Shown: positions 52,609-62,167 of the stretch, piece by piece | Position numbering within the stretch: the first letter of the stretch is position 1 | Layout: the number at the start of each line of letters is the position of its first letter | DNA from: Tolypothrix sp. VBCCA 56010 | Lineage (GTDB): Bacteria; Cyanobacteriota; Cyanobacteriia; Cyanobacteriales; Nostocaceae | DNA length: 64,000 nt | Direction of reading: 5' to 3' | Assembly (NCBI RefSeq): GCF_050875635.1 | Contig: NZ_JBPAOH010000006.1 | Coordinates: 49,729-113,728 of the forward strand | Notes under the pieces: generated by a model | Told to the model about the DNA's origin: nothing | The model's database searches: none | Seen by the model: only the letters and a program-made list of their open reading frames with translations | Program-made: the position numbers and the translations under genes

Positions 52609-52707
52609 AATGCGCTCTTAATAAATCTCAACACTTCTACAATTAACTATTAAACCTTACTGAGGAATGAAAAGTGGTGAGGCGATCGCCTGTCATAGCG
52701 TTTTAGT

Positions 52708-54981
52708 TTAAGGTTGATACAAATGGGCAGCGCTTGGGTTGCAAGCAAGAGGAGGAAATTGCCATTTCTTCACTTGCTGTTTAAGTTCCTCCATATCTAG
52801 ATAATCGCTAATCATAGCTTTTCTTAAAATTGAGTGAGGAATAAAGCGATCGTACTTTTGAATTTCTGGCGCTTCCGCATCAGCTAATAAATCCTCAGCA
52901 GTAATTCTTTGTTCACACAACGATACAATTTCATCGTAAAGATATCTAAATTTATCTTTACCTAATTTAATCGTCAAAAAATAAGGATTAACACCACCAA
53001 TACTTTTAATTTCTAAAGATTCCCGACACCAAGAATTAACCAATCTTTCTAAAGTGCGGTAAGCAACCGTACCCATCCAAGGAAAAATGCAACATTTATT
53101 ATTTTCTAAAAGCAGAATATTTTGCTTATCTAAGCCAGAATTTCGCGCTACTTCTCGAACTTTCTGCAAACGTTTCAGCGCATTTTTTTGCAAATAGCTA
53201 TATTCAACATCTTCTAGCAAAACCTGCCGCATTCGTTGCAAAATTCTTGTGTGGATATTTCCGCTACCACCGCGCCAAAAAATACTAGCTTTACCTTCTA
53301 CTTGCTTAACCAAAATAATTTTTTTTCTAAAATCAACTTCTAAAACTTCCCAAGCTTTTCCAGCCAAAGCGAATTGATTACCGATTGGGGGAGGCATAAT
53401 AATACTACCAATTTCCGTAGTTGCCTGCTTAACAACATATTCCTCATTGTCAGGAAAAACAGCATAAAATTGAAATTTACGTACTACCTTTTCCCCAGCC
53501 AAACCGAGAATTAACTTATTTTCTTCAGTTAGCTGAACATGGTTAATATCAATTAAATAGCGAAGCAACAGCCGAAAATCTTCGAGTGCGATCGCAGCAA
53601 AACTTGGTAAACTTAAAACCTGTTTAGCAAGCGCCGCAGGCGAAACTTCACCCGCAGCTGCTAAAATACTCATTGTCTGATGATAAAGCAAACTCAAAGG
53701 ATATTTAACAGGCTTAATCGGCTCAATCCAACGTTCCTCCAAATAAAGTTGAATAATCCCAATACACTGTAAAAGTTGCCAAGGAATTTGTTCCTCCAAA
53801 GAAGCTGACGCCGATACTTTTTCCTCAGTACAAACAAACCGCATATCAGCAGCAGCACCTCTTCTACCACTGCGTCCCAAACGCTGTAAAAAACTAGCTA
53901 CAGAAAAAGGCGATTCTAACTGAATAACCCTCTCCAAATGACCAATATCAACCCCCACCTCCAAAGTCAAAGTTGCCGCAATCACAGCCGACTTATCGAC
54001 CTCACGCATCGCATTTTCAGCCGCTTGCCGCAAACTAGCAGAAATACTACCATGATGCACATGATAAATATCCGGCAATCCCTCACTCGCAGCAAATTCT
54101 CGCAAAGAAGCAATAATAGATTCAGTTTGCCTTTTATTATTAGCAAAAATCAAACACTTACGAGACTTACTAACATTAAAAACATATTCCTCATACCCAC
54201 CTCCATCTCTCTCCCCTCTTCCCTTCGCGTCCTTTACGTCTTTGCGGTTCGTTTCTCCTAAAACCCCATCACCAACATAAAAATGTTCCAAAGCAAGCTT
54301 AATTTGCCTTTTCCCCCCCTCAATTTCCGGAGTAATCACCAACTTATCACTTCCAGAACCTAACCATTCTTCAGCCATCGAATAATCACCAAGAGTAGCC
54401 GACAAACCAACTCTTCGGGGTTGCGTTTGCGTCAAACTTTGCAAACGTGATAACTGACAAAGAATTTGACAACCGCGTTCAGAACCCATAAAAGCGTGAA
54501 CTTCATCGATTATCACAAACCGTAAATCACCGAACAAACGCATCAAATCATTATTTCTATTAATTAATAAGCTTTCTAAAGATTCCGGCGTAATTTGCAA
54601 AATACCCTTAGGATTCTTTAAAAGCTGTTTTTTCCGACTTTGCGAAACATCCCCATGCCAGTGACAAACGGGAATATCCGCTTCTTTTAGCAAATCATTA
54701 AGACGTGCAAATTGGTCATTAATTAAAGCCTTAATCGGACCAATATATAATGCGCCGATAGTTTCCGGCGGATTTTCATATAATAAAGTTAAAATCGGCA
54801 GAAACGCAGCTTCTGTTTTGCCCGAAGCTGTGCCGGCTGCAACTAGCAAATGAGCATCAGTGTCAAAAATGACTTTGCAAGCAGCAATTTGAACTGGTCG
54901 CAATTCACTCCAGTTGTGATGATAAATATATTCTTGGATAAAAGGCGCAAGTCTGGAAAAAGTATGTAAAACTTCGCTCAT
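52708..54981 (-). CDS. Lhr-like (Lhr-core) DEVH-box superfamily-2 helicase; BrxHI-like
   Basis: 757 aa. It has motif I AAGTASGKTEAAF, motif II VIIDEVH, motif III LSATLGD and motif VI QRLGRSGRRG. The N-terminus W-x-L-RPVQ is like Lhr, and the C-terminal about 300 aa form an Lhr-core-like domain. Confidence 0.8.
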   Translation of the reverse strand: MSEVLHTFSRLAPFIQEYIYHHNWSELRPVQIAACKVIFDTDAHLLVAAGTASGKTEAAFLPILTLLYENPPETIGALYIGPIKALINDQFARLNDLLKEADIPVCHWHGDVSQSRKKQLLKNPKGILQITPESLESLLINRNNDLMRLFGDLRFVIIDEVHAFMGSERGCQILCQLSRLQSLTQTQPRRVGLSATLGDYSMAEEWLGSGSDKLVITPEIEGGKRQIKLALEHFYVGDGVLGETNRKDVKDAKGRGERDGGGYEEYVFNVSKSRKCLIFANNKRQTESIIASLREFAASEGLPDIYHVHHGSISASLRQAAENAMREVDKSAVIAATLTLEVGVDIGHLERVIQLESPFSVASFLQRLGRSGRRGAAADMRFVCTEEKVSASASLEEQIPWQLLQCIGIIQLYLEERWIEPIKPVKYPLSLLYHQTMSILAAAGEVSPAALAKQVLSLPSFAAIALEDFRLLLRYLIDINHVQLTEENKLILGLAGEKVVRKFQFYAVFPDNEEYVVKQATTEIGSIIMPPPIGNQFALAGKAWEVLEVDFRKKIILVKQVEGKASIFWRGGSGNIHTRILQRMRQVLLEDVEYSYLQKNALKRLQKVREVARNSGLDKQNILLLENNKCCIFPWMGTVAYRTLERLVNSWCRESLEIKSIGGVNPYFLTIKLGKDKFRYLYDEIVSLCEQRITAEDLLADAEAPEIQKYDRFIPHSILRKAMISDYLDMEELKQQVKKWQFPPLACNPSAAHLYQP

Positions 54982-55004
54982 ATATTTATTTAATTTTCTA
55001 CAGC

Positions 55005-56327
55005 TTACAAACTAAATTCTGCTGCATCGTCATCAACATCTGTATTTTTACCCACAGCAGTTAACTGAAAATCCGAACCATGAATCAATTTACTAAAAGA
55101 AATTTCGGGATTTTGGTACAGGATATTCAACACACTAATAAAATCCCGGACAATTTCGCCCGGAGTCAATAATGCTTCTGCACCCAAACGATTGACAATT
55201 TCGTTTATAAAGTCCTTCAAATCGCTATTTGTTAAAGCCTTATTATAACCAAAATTCAGAGCGTGAATCTCAACCAAACCTTGCAAAAGCGTTAATATTT
55301 CATCTTCAGTCAACGGATTTAGCCGCATCACCGGTCCCAAATATTCTTGAACACCAGCTTGAACAAAACGGCTTTCTTTAGTGCGTCTTCGCCAAGCTGG
55401 GTCGGCAAAAAGTCCGCGATTTGGGTCTTCTAAAAATTTTGTAGTTCCACCGATCACAATACCAAGATGTTCTGCTTTGCATTGCATGGTATCGTTAAAC
55501 ATTGCTAAAAGTCTGTTATAGTTCTTTTCGCGAGTAACTGTAGTGGATATTTGGTATATATGCACAACTTCATCAAGCAAAACTAAAAGTCCTTTATAGC
55601 CAATTTCCGCCACAAATTTAGCGATTAACTTAATATAGTCATACCAACTATCATCATCAATAATTACGCGCACTCCCAAAGCAGCTTTTGCTTCAGTTTT
55701 GGTGTTAAATTCGCCTCGCAACCACCGCAATGCAGCATTTTTCAAATCATCATCATCAAGCCTGTAACCGCGCCAATAAGCAACAATAACGCTACCAAAA
55801 TCAAAGCCGTGAACTAAGTCCTCAATATACTGAACTACTTCTCTAATTTTCGTTTCAACTTTATCATCAAAACCTTCATCATTAGGACGTATTCCGCTAT
55901 CTTTAGCTACTTCTTGTTGAATTTTATTAATCCAACCTTCTAAAATTGAGACTAAAGCACCACCATCCGGACGAGTTTTTGTCGCCAGACGGCTCATTAA
56001 TTCTCGATAAGTTGCCAAACCTTCGTTGTTTGTTCCTGCAAGTCTACGTTCGGAAGATAAATCAGCATCAGCTACTACAAAATTTTGCTCCATAGCACGG
56101 TTGCGAATCATTTGTAGGATGAAGCTTTTACCGGAACCGTAGTTACCAATTATAAAGCGAAATGCGGCTACACCTTCTCCAATATCGTCGAGATTTTGTA
56201 ATAGGCTTTTTAATTCTTTTTCTCGACCTACTGCTATATGTTCCAGTCCAAATCTTGGTACTACTCCCGCACTCAAAGAGTTGATTAAAGCAGTAGATAT
56301 TTTTTTGGAGATTTTAAGTTTTGCCAT
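55005..56327 (-). CDS. P-loop NTPase resembling BREX BrxD (DUF2791-like)
   Basis: 440 aa with Walker A (IIGNYGSGKSFIL) and Walker B (LLVLLDEVVH). Its size and its tight 23-bp coupling to an Lhr-like helicase match the brxD-brxHI pair. The family assignment is from memory. Confidence 0.55.
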   Translation of the reverse strand: MAKLKISKKISTALINSLSAGVVPRFGLEHIAVGREKELKSLLQNLDDIGEGVAAFRFIIGNYGSGKSFILQMIRNRAMEQNFVVADADLSSERRLAGTNNEGLATYRELMSRLATKTRPDGGALVSILEGWINKIQQEVAKDSGIRPNDEGFDDKVETKIREVVQYIEDLVHGFDFGSVIVAYWRGYRLDDDDLKNAALRWLRGEFNTKTEAKAALGVRVIIDDDSWYDYIKLIAKFVAEIGYKGLLVLLDEVVHIYQISTTVTREKNYNRLLAMFNDTMQCKAEHLGIVIGGTTKFLEDPNRGLFADPAWRRRTKESRFVQAGVQEYLGPVMRLNPLTEDEILTLLQGLVEIHALNFGYNKALTNSDLKDFINEIVNRLGAEALLTPGEIVRDFISVLNILYQNPEISFSKLIHGSDFQLTAVGKNTDVDDDAAEFSL

Positions 56328-56538
56328 CTACTTCACCTCATTTTATTTTTTAGCGGTTCTCAGCCGATTCAAGTACATATATTTGTTTATGTGTAGTTCA
56401 TTAATTTTTTGATGTATTGCACCCAATTTTAAACCGCTATAAACTCACAGGCACGCTGCCAGTAGGTAATATGTAATTGTACGATGGCAATAAGTAAGCC
56501 GGCGCTAATATTTCAACCTATGTTAAGAAATTTTAATC

Positions 56539-56651
56539 TAGGGTGCGTTGCGCGACAACATACGTTGAATTTAATATGGTGCGTTGCGCTGCGCGACAAC
56601 ATACGTTGAATTTAATATGGTGCGTTGCGCTGCGCGACAACACACCCTACG
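56539..56651. repeat. MITE-like element (termini TAGGGTGCGTT...ACACCCTACG) containing about 2.5 tandem copies of a 37-41-bp unit (GGTGCGTTGCGCTGCGCGACAACATACGTTGAATTTAATAT)
   Basis: Read directly from the sequence. It sits in the 350-bp gap between the BrxD-like and coiled-coil genes. Confidence 0.6.
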
Positions 56652-56677
56652 AAGCCGACTTATTTAATAAATTAATT

Positions 56678-57970
56678 TTATGAGGGTTGTCTAGTCGTTA
56701 ATTCATACATTGCAATCAATTTTTTGACGTTTGTTATATGCTCTTGATAAATTTCTGGAGTTTCCAAGTTTGGATTTATTATTAATTCTTCAATTGTATC
56801 ATTAGCGTGTTCATTTATAGAATCAATTAACAAATTTGGCATAGTAATATTTGTTTCGGCAATGTGTTTAATAGCAGCTTTGGGATTTTCTTGCTCTACT
56901 ATGGCTTTTAATACTTGTATTTCATAAGCTGGTAGCTGTTCTAATAATTTAGCCCATTCTTGGGGTAAATCAGATGTATTTTCAGATATTGTTTCTAAAT
57001 CTATTAAGTCAGAAAAAGGAAATAAATCTACATCTTCTTCATGCTCGTTTTCTGGAAATAATTGCTGATTGTATGTTTCGGATTGTTGGAGTAATTCCCA
57101 TACTTGATTTTGTAATAAATCGCGTTCTTGTTGCAATAATGAAATTTGCTCTTGTAAGTGATTTAATTCCTTTTTTTGTTCTGTTATTTGGGTTTGTAAT
57201 AAATTTAGGCTGGCTTCTGTATTTTCTCTTTCGGATTTTTTATTTAAAATTAATTCATTGTGCTGAGTTACCTGATTTTCTAAATCTTGCAGTTCAACTC
57301 GCAATTCGTAGAGTCTTTCTTCTAGTTGAGGTTTGAGTCTGTCTAGCAAAGTTAAATTGCTTTCAGTTTCTTGCTTTTGTTGTTGGAGCTCGCTAATTTC
57401 AGTTTGTAATTTAGTTATTTCCGCTCGCGATACGTTGGAATTTAATTCTAGACGACGTTTTTCTGCTGTGAGAGCCGAAAATGAATTATTTAGCTCGGCT
57501 TTAGTTTTGTCCAGCTTAGTAAGCTCTGTTTGTAGTAAGTTTATTTCGGCTTCTAACTGCTTTTTATGTCCGATAAAACTGCTTAATTCTCGATTTAAAC
57601 TATCTCTTTGGTTGCGGCGTTCTGATACTTGATTTTGCAGTTGATTTGACTCTGTATATAATAAGGCGCGATGCTCTTCAATTTGGTTGATTTCTCTGAC
57701 AAGACGAGATTTCAAGCCCTCAAGCTCTTTTATTCGCTTGTAGAGAGAACCTAAAACGAGCATTTCATGATTTCTGCGGATGTTATCGACAAATAATGCT
57801 GCTGCGTAACTAGCTATTACTGTAATTGCACCTGTGAGAAAGGCTTTACTAAAATCCCAAGTTGGGACGAGGCTTAGACCAAAACTCACACTAAAGGCAA
57901 CTATACCTAAAAGCAAAAATCGATTATTTCCCATTGCTGATTGCATATTGCTTGTTTTTAGTTTAGTCAA
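56678..57970 (-). CDS. Membrane-anchored coiled-coil protein (two N-terminal TM helices, about 230-aa coiled-coil, acidic C-terminal domain possibly TerB-C-like)
   Basis: 430 aa. The hydrophobic segments are FLLLGIVAFSVSFGLSLV and ITVIASYAAALFV. A long heptad-rich Q/E/L region follows. The C-terminal IDSINEHANDTIEELIIN is reminiscent of the acidic TerB-C motif, which is uncertain. Confidence 0.55.
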   Translation of the reverse strand: MTKLKTSNMQSAMGNNRFLLLGIVAFSVSFGLSLVPTWDFSKAFLTGAITVIASYAAALFVDNIRRNHEMLVLGSLYKRIKELEGLKSRLVREINQIEEHRALLYTESNQLQNQVSERRNQRDSLNRELSSFIGHKKQLEAEINLLQTELTKLDKTKAELNNSFSALTAEKRRLELNSNVSRAEITKLQTEISELQQQKQETESNLTLLDRLKPQLEERLYELRVELQDLENQVTQHNELILNKKSERENTEASLNLLQTQITEQKKELNHLQEQISLLQQERDLLQNQVWELLQQSETYNQQLFPENEHEEDVDLFPFSDLIDLETISENTSDLPQEWAKLLEQLPAYEIQVLKAIVEQENPKAAIKHIAETNITMPNLLIDSINEHANDTIEELIINPNLETPEIYQEHITNVKKLIAMYELTTRQPS

Positions 57971-58063
57971 TTTTTCAGAATAGGTATTTCTGGGGAAGGG
58001 GAAAGGAGAAAGGGGAAGAATAAATTTTAATGCCTCCTACTGTACGCTGTTTATGTAAGCTAC

Positions 58064-59398
58064 TTATGTTTGGTTTTTTGAAGCCGAAAGTGCCAAATCT
58101 GCTTTCAAAAAATCAACAAACTGTCGTGCTGTTCTTCCAGATCGACCGTTGTGACGAGTTGCCCATTGCAAAGCTTGATATTCTAAATCTTCTGAGTCAA
58201 TGTTAATTGCTGCTTGTGTGGCTAAATGTCGGACAATGTTTAAATAAGTTTTCTGATCGGCAGGCTCGAAGGTTAAGGTTAGACCAAAGCGATCGCTAAA
58301 CGAAAGCTTCTCCTGCATCGTATCCCAAGCATGAATTTCATCATTATCTTTAGGTGCAGGTCTATCAGCAAAAAACTCGCGAATTAAGTGCCGACGATTA
58401 GAAGTAGCATACACGACTACGTTTTGCGATCGCGCAGTTAAATTCCCCTCTAATACTACTTTCAGCGCTTTAAAAGCGTCGTCATCTTCCTCAAAAGAAA
58501 GGTCATCGACAAAAATAATAAATTTATGTGGCACAGAGCGCAACTGTTCCACAATTTGTGGTAGGTGTTTCAAATCTGATTTTGCTACTTCCAGCAAGCG
58601 CAGGTGATGCTTGCTGTACTCATTCAACAAAGCTTTCACCAAAGAGGATTTCCCCGAACCGCGACTACCGTAAAGTAATACGTGCAGCGCTACCTCTCCT
58701 GCTAGCAAAAATTCTGTATTTTTTAATAAAGCGTCTCGCTGAGACTCATAACCCACTAATTCGCTTAACTTTACCGGATCGGCATATTTGATGCCAATAA
58801 ATTGTCCGTCGCAATAGCGCAATGCACTATATTCTGCAAATAAACCCGTACCAAATTGCCGATAATAAGCAGCTACATCTTCTACTGCATCAGCCCAATC
58901 TTCGATGTGGTGCAGTTTCTCTATTAGCAGTGATTCGTTCGTTTCTTCCAAAAGAGTAAGTTCCTCGTCATACCACACTACTGGTGAAACAGCTAGACCT
59001 GCCACAGCTTGTACCCATTCGCTCAAAAACGCGCTACTACATTCATAAAGACTTTGCAACGCTTGTAAATCATGCTGAGTCGCTGCAATTAAAGCTGAAG
59101 GCAAATTTTCAAATTCTCGCTGCCCTGCAAGCTGAGAAAATGGATTCTCATCTCTGAGAATTTGCGTAATTAAATAGTCCTCCCAGTTTTGATTTCTAGC
59201 AGCCAAGCACTTAAAGTAGTTGCCGTAAGCTTGAAGACAACTGCGTGCATCCGCTTCGGCATATCGTATACTTTGCAACAATTCCATAAATGCTCTACTG
59301 ACTTCGCCTTGGAGGACGGATTGGTAGATTAATAAAGATGCTGCTTGACGCTGGAGGAACTGAACTTTTGTCTGGAACGAATTACTTGCCGTGGACAT
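58064..59398 (-). CDS. AAA-type ATPase of the DUF815 (COG2607) family with an about 190-aa N-terminal extension
   Basis: 444 aa with Walker A (LLYGSRGSGKSSLVKAL) and Walker B (FIIFVDDLSFEE). The core of about 250 aa is typical of DUF815. Confidence 0.65.
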   Translation of the reverse strand: MSTASNSFQTKVQFLQRQAASLLIYQSVLQGEVSRAFMELLQSIRYAEADARSCLQAYGNYFKCLAARNQNWEDYLITQILRDENPFSQLAGQREFENLPSALIAATQHDLQALQSLYECSSAFLSEWVQAVAGLAVSPVVWYDEELTLLEETNESLLIEKLHHIEDWADAVEDVAAYYRQFGTGLFAEYSALRYCDGQFIGIKYADPVKLSELVGYESQRDALLKNTEFLLAGEVALHVLLYGSRGSGKSSLVKALLNEYSKHHLRLLEVAKSDLKHLPQIVEQLRSVPHKFIIFVDDLSFEEDDDAFKALKVVLEGNLTARSQNVVVYATSNRRHLIREFFADRPAPKDNDEIHAWDTMQEKLSFSDRFGLTLTFEPADQKTYLNIVRHLATQAAINIDSEDLEYQALQWATRHNGRSGRTARQFVDFLKADLALSASKNQT

Positions 59399-59501
59399 TG
59401 CTTAATTATCCATCAGTTAACAGGTTTCGGTAGCTAAACAGCTATGGTAAATTGTCTGCCGAGGTTTGCAGCACGCATGAAAATCTACATAGGTTTTAAC
59501 A

Positions 59502-59831
59502 ATGAATTTAGGTATTATTGCTTCTCTTGGCTACGGCTTTTTAGCGATTGCCGGTGGCATCATTGGTTACATTTTTTCTACTAGCAATGTTTCGCTCCTC
59601 AGTGGCTGCATTAGTGGTGTATTATTACTTTTTGCCGCTTACCTCCAATTTCAAGGTATAATCTGGGGTTTGATTTTAGCAGCTTTAGTCACTGCTGTTT
59701 TAGTAGTTGTTTTTGCATTGCGACTGGCTAAAACACGCAAGTTTATGCCGGCGGGATTGATGCTGTTTTTCGGTGTGCTGACGTTGGCGGTGATAGTGAA
59801 TCAACTTATGGCATCAATAATAAGCCAGTAG
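59502..59831 (+). CDS. TMEM14-family small membrane protein
   Basis: 109 aa with four predicted TM helices and a glycine-rich first helix (GYGFLAIAGGIIGY). Confidence 0.55.
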   Translation: MNLGIIASLGYGFLAIAGGIIGYIFSTSNVSLLSGCISGVLLLFAAYLQFQGIIWGLILAALVTAVLVVVFALRLAKTRKFMPAGLMLFFGVLTLAVIVNQLMASIISQ

Positions 59832-60868
59832 TTGATCCCTACTATTTTTTCACCTCCATGATTCTTTTTAGTTAGTATACCTTTATTAGTACATTTATAT
59901 TACCGAATCAGGGTAAAGGGTAAAGAAAATGAAGGGTGCATATTTCAATAATTCTTTATTTTCCTTTTCCCAATCATAGGCGGGTGACGGCAGTTGCTCA
60001 TGGGGGGAACCCCCGCTCCCCGCACTGCCTCCTCCACGCAGGTGAACCCCGCTCCCCACACTGCCTCCCCTTTCCCTGTAGCTAGATACGTAAGTACTTC
60101 AAGATTGCCGATTGTAAATTTAAATTGATTAGATTTATATTGGCTATGCTCTGCATAACACAATTAAAACTTATCACTTGATTTATGTGACGGAAATATC
60201 TTATTGTAAATGAATATAAATGGCAGCATAATATCAATCAATATTTACCATGACTCAGTTTTGTTTGCTTGTGATTCAGTTCATGAGCAAATGTTTGTTT
60301 TTTTGGGAATTAGTTAAAAACCGTAGCTCAATCGTTATTTGGGGATGATGAAAAAATATGGCTGAAAAAAATCATTTTCAAAAAAAGAGGAAAACGAAGC
60401 GATCGCATATACGCACGCAAACGGCATGAATGACCCGCCCTATCTAAGTTAGAGCGATTTTGTTGAATGATTGCGCGGCGAAAATCTGAAGATACTAATA
60501 ATATTGCGAAATCATCTCAGAAACAGTTGATTTCGCACTTGCTTTTATTGCGAAGTGAAAAATTAATGCGTGAATTTTTCTTAAGCGCCCAGAAAGCCGG
60601 AAAGTGAACAACAAAAAGCTTAACCACAAAATTAAATATCAATTCAAGTAAAAATGCTTAGTTAGGTAAAGAATTTACTTTAAAGGAATAGTAAAGACAG
60701 AATTGCCATTTTGGCAGGTTTTTCTTTTGAGGATCGGATATTAGTAGATTGTAATCATCGTAATTAATATTCCCAGTGTTATTGCTGTCTAGCACGAGCT
60801 ATAAAAGTTAAGCCAATCTGGATCTAAGTGATTTACGCTCTTTCATTTTACGAATTAGGAAATAATAC

Positions 60869-62104
60869 ATGGTAGTTTCACTGTCTTCTCATAACGTTAT
60901 CCAGTATCTGCGTTCCTCAGGTCTGTGTAGCTCAGAAGATGGCGCATCCTCTAATTCTGAGTTACCTGAAAGTAAGAAAAACTTAAATTTACTGGTTACT
61001 CTGGCAGATAATCGCAAACTGCTAGTTAAACAAAAACGTAGCATTGACCTTTGGGATGGAAAAGAGCAATTTTTCAATGAGTGGCTGTTTGACCAATTGC
61101 TTGAGCAATTTCCAGTCATTGGTAACATCGGAGCGATCGCCTCATCAGTACTGCACTTCGATGAAGAAAACTCGATCCTGATCCGTAACTACTTAAGTGA
61201 ATATCAGGAACTAGGGAATTATTATCAACAAAACGATATTTTCCCGGAAGCGATCGCCAGTACGATTGGTGACACCTTAGGAGCGCTGCATCGTGCTACC
61301 TTCAACCGTCGCGAGTATCGCGATTTTATGGCAACTGCTCCCGCAGGACAGTTTCGCTATCACTTCAACAATCCAGCACAAGGAATCGAGTCAATTGCAC
61401 CTGAGATTTTTGGCATGGTTCCCACTCCTGCGCTGAAATTTTATGCTTACTACCAGGGTCACGACAATTTAGAATCAGCAATTGGAGACTTAGCAAACGA
61501 TTGGCAACCTTGCTGCTTGACTCATAACGACCTGAAATTAGACAACATTTTGATCCATTCCAGGTGGGAACATTTAGATAATGCGATCGTCCGTCTGATT
61601 GACTGGGAAGCATGTGCCTGGGGTGATCCAGCCTTTGATTTAGGAACTTTACTGGCAAGCTATTTAAAAATTTGGCTAGACAGCCTGGTGGTAGATCCCA
61701 CCATCGAATTAGAAGAATCTTTGCAATTAGCGGTGACACCATTAGAGACTCTTCAACCTTCAATGCTTGCCCTGACTCAAGCTTATCTCAAAGCCTTCCC
61801 CAACATTTTAGAGTACCGTAATGATTTTCTCTTGCGTGTTATTCAGTTTGCGGGTTTGGCACTGATGCATCAAATTGAGGCAGCGATTAAGTACGATAAA
61901 TACTTTGATAATATCAGCATTTCAATGCTTCAATTCGCCAAAAATTTACTCACCATGCCACAGCTTGCTGTGCTAACTGTTTTCGGTATTTCTGAATCGG
62001 AAATACTCAAACCCGTTACCAAATTAGAAAAGTTGCCTCAACCAGAAAGCAAGCAGAATTTAGTTCCTCTTTATTACCCAAAAACTCGTTTGCGTGGATG
62101 TTAA
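60869..62104 (+). CDS. Aminoglycoside phosphotransferase (APH)/choline-kinase-fold protein kinase-like enzyme
   Basis: It has the Brenner catalytic motif LTHNDLKLDNILI and the DWE metal-binding motif (RLIDWEACAWGDPAFDLG). Confidence 0.75.
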   Translation: MVVSLSSHNVIQYLRSSGLCSSEDGASSNSELPESKKNLNLLVTLADNRKLLVKQKRSIDLWDGKEQFFNEWLFDQLLEQFPVIGNIGAIASSVLHFDEENSILIRNYLSEYQELGNYYQQNDIFPEAIASTIGDTLGALHRATFNRREYRDFMATAPAGQFRYHFNNPAQGIESIAPEIFGMVPTPALKFYAYYQGHDNLESAIGDLANDWQPCCLTHNDLKLDNILIHSRWEHLDNAIVRLIDWEACAWGDPAFDLGTLLASYLKIWLDSLVVDPTIELEESLQLAVTPLETLQPSMLALTQAYLKAFPNILEYRNDFLLRVIQFAGLALMHQIEAAIKYDKYFDNISISMLQFAKNLLTMPQLAVLTVFGISESEILKPVTKLEKLPQPESKQNLVPLYYPKTRLRGC

Positions 62105-62167
62105 ATTCCTAGTGAGCGGTTTACCGCTCATCTATTTAAGCGCAAAGAGCGCTTACTACATTTTAAA

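Noticed and set aside
60005-60068. A degenerate copy of the tRNA-Ala 3' end as an attR island boundary
   Set aside because: The match to GAACCCGCTTACCTCCA is interrupted and imperfect. A near-identical motif occurs at 1059-1090, far from any tRNA. A dispersed repeat is more likely than an att site.
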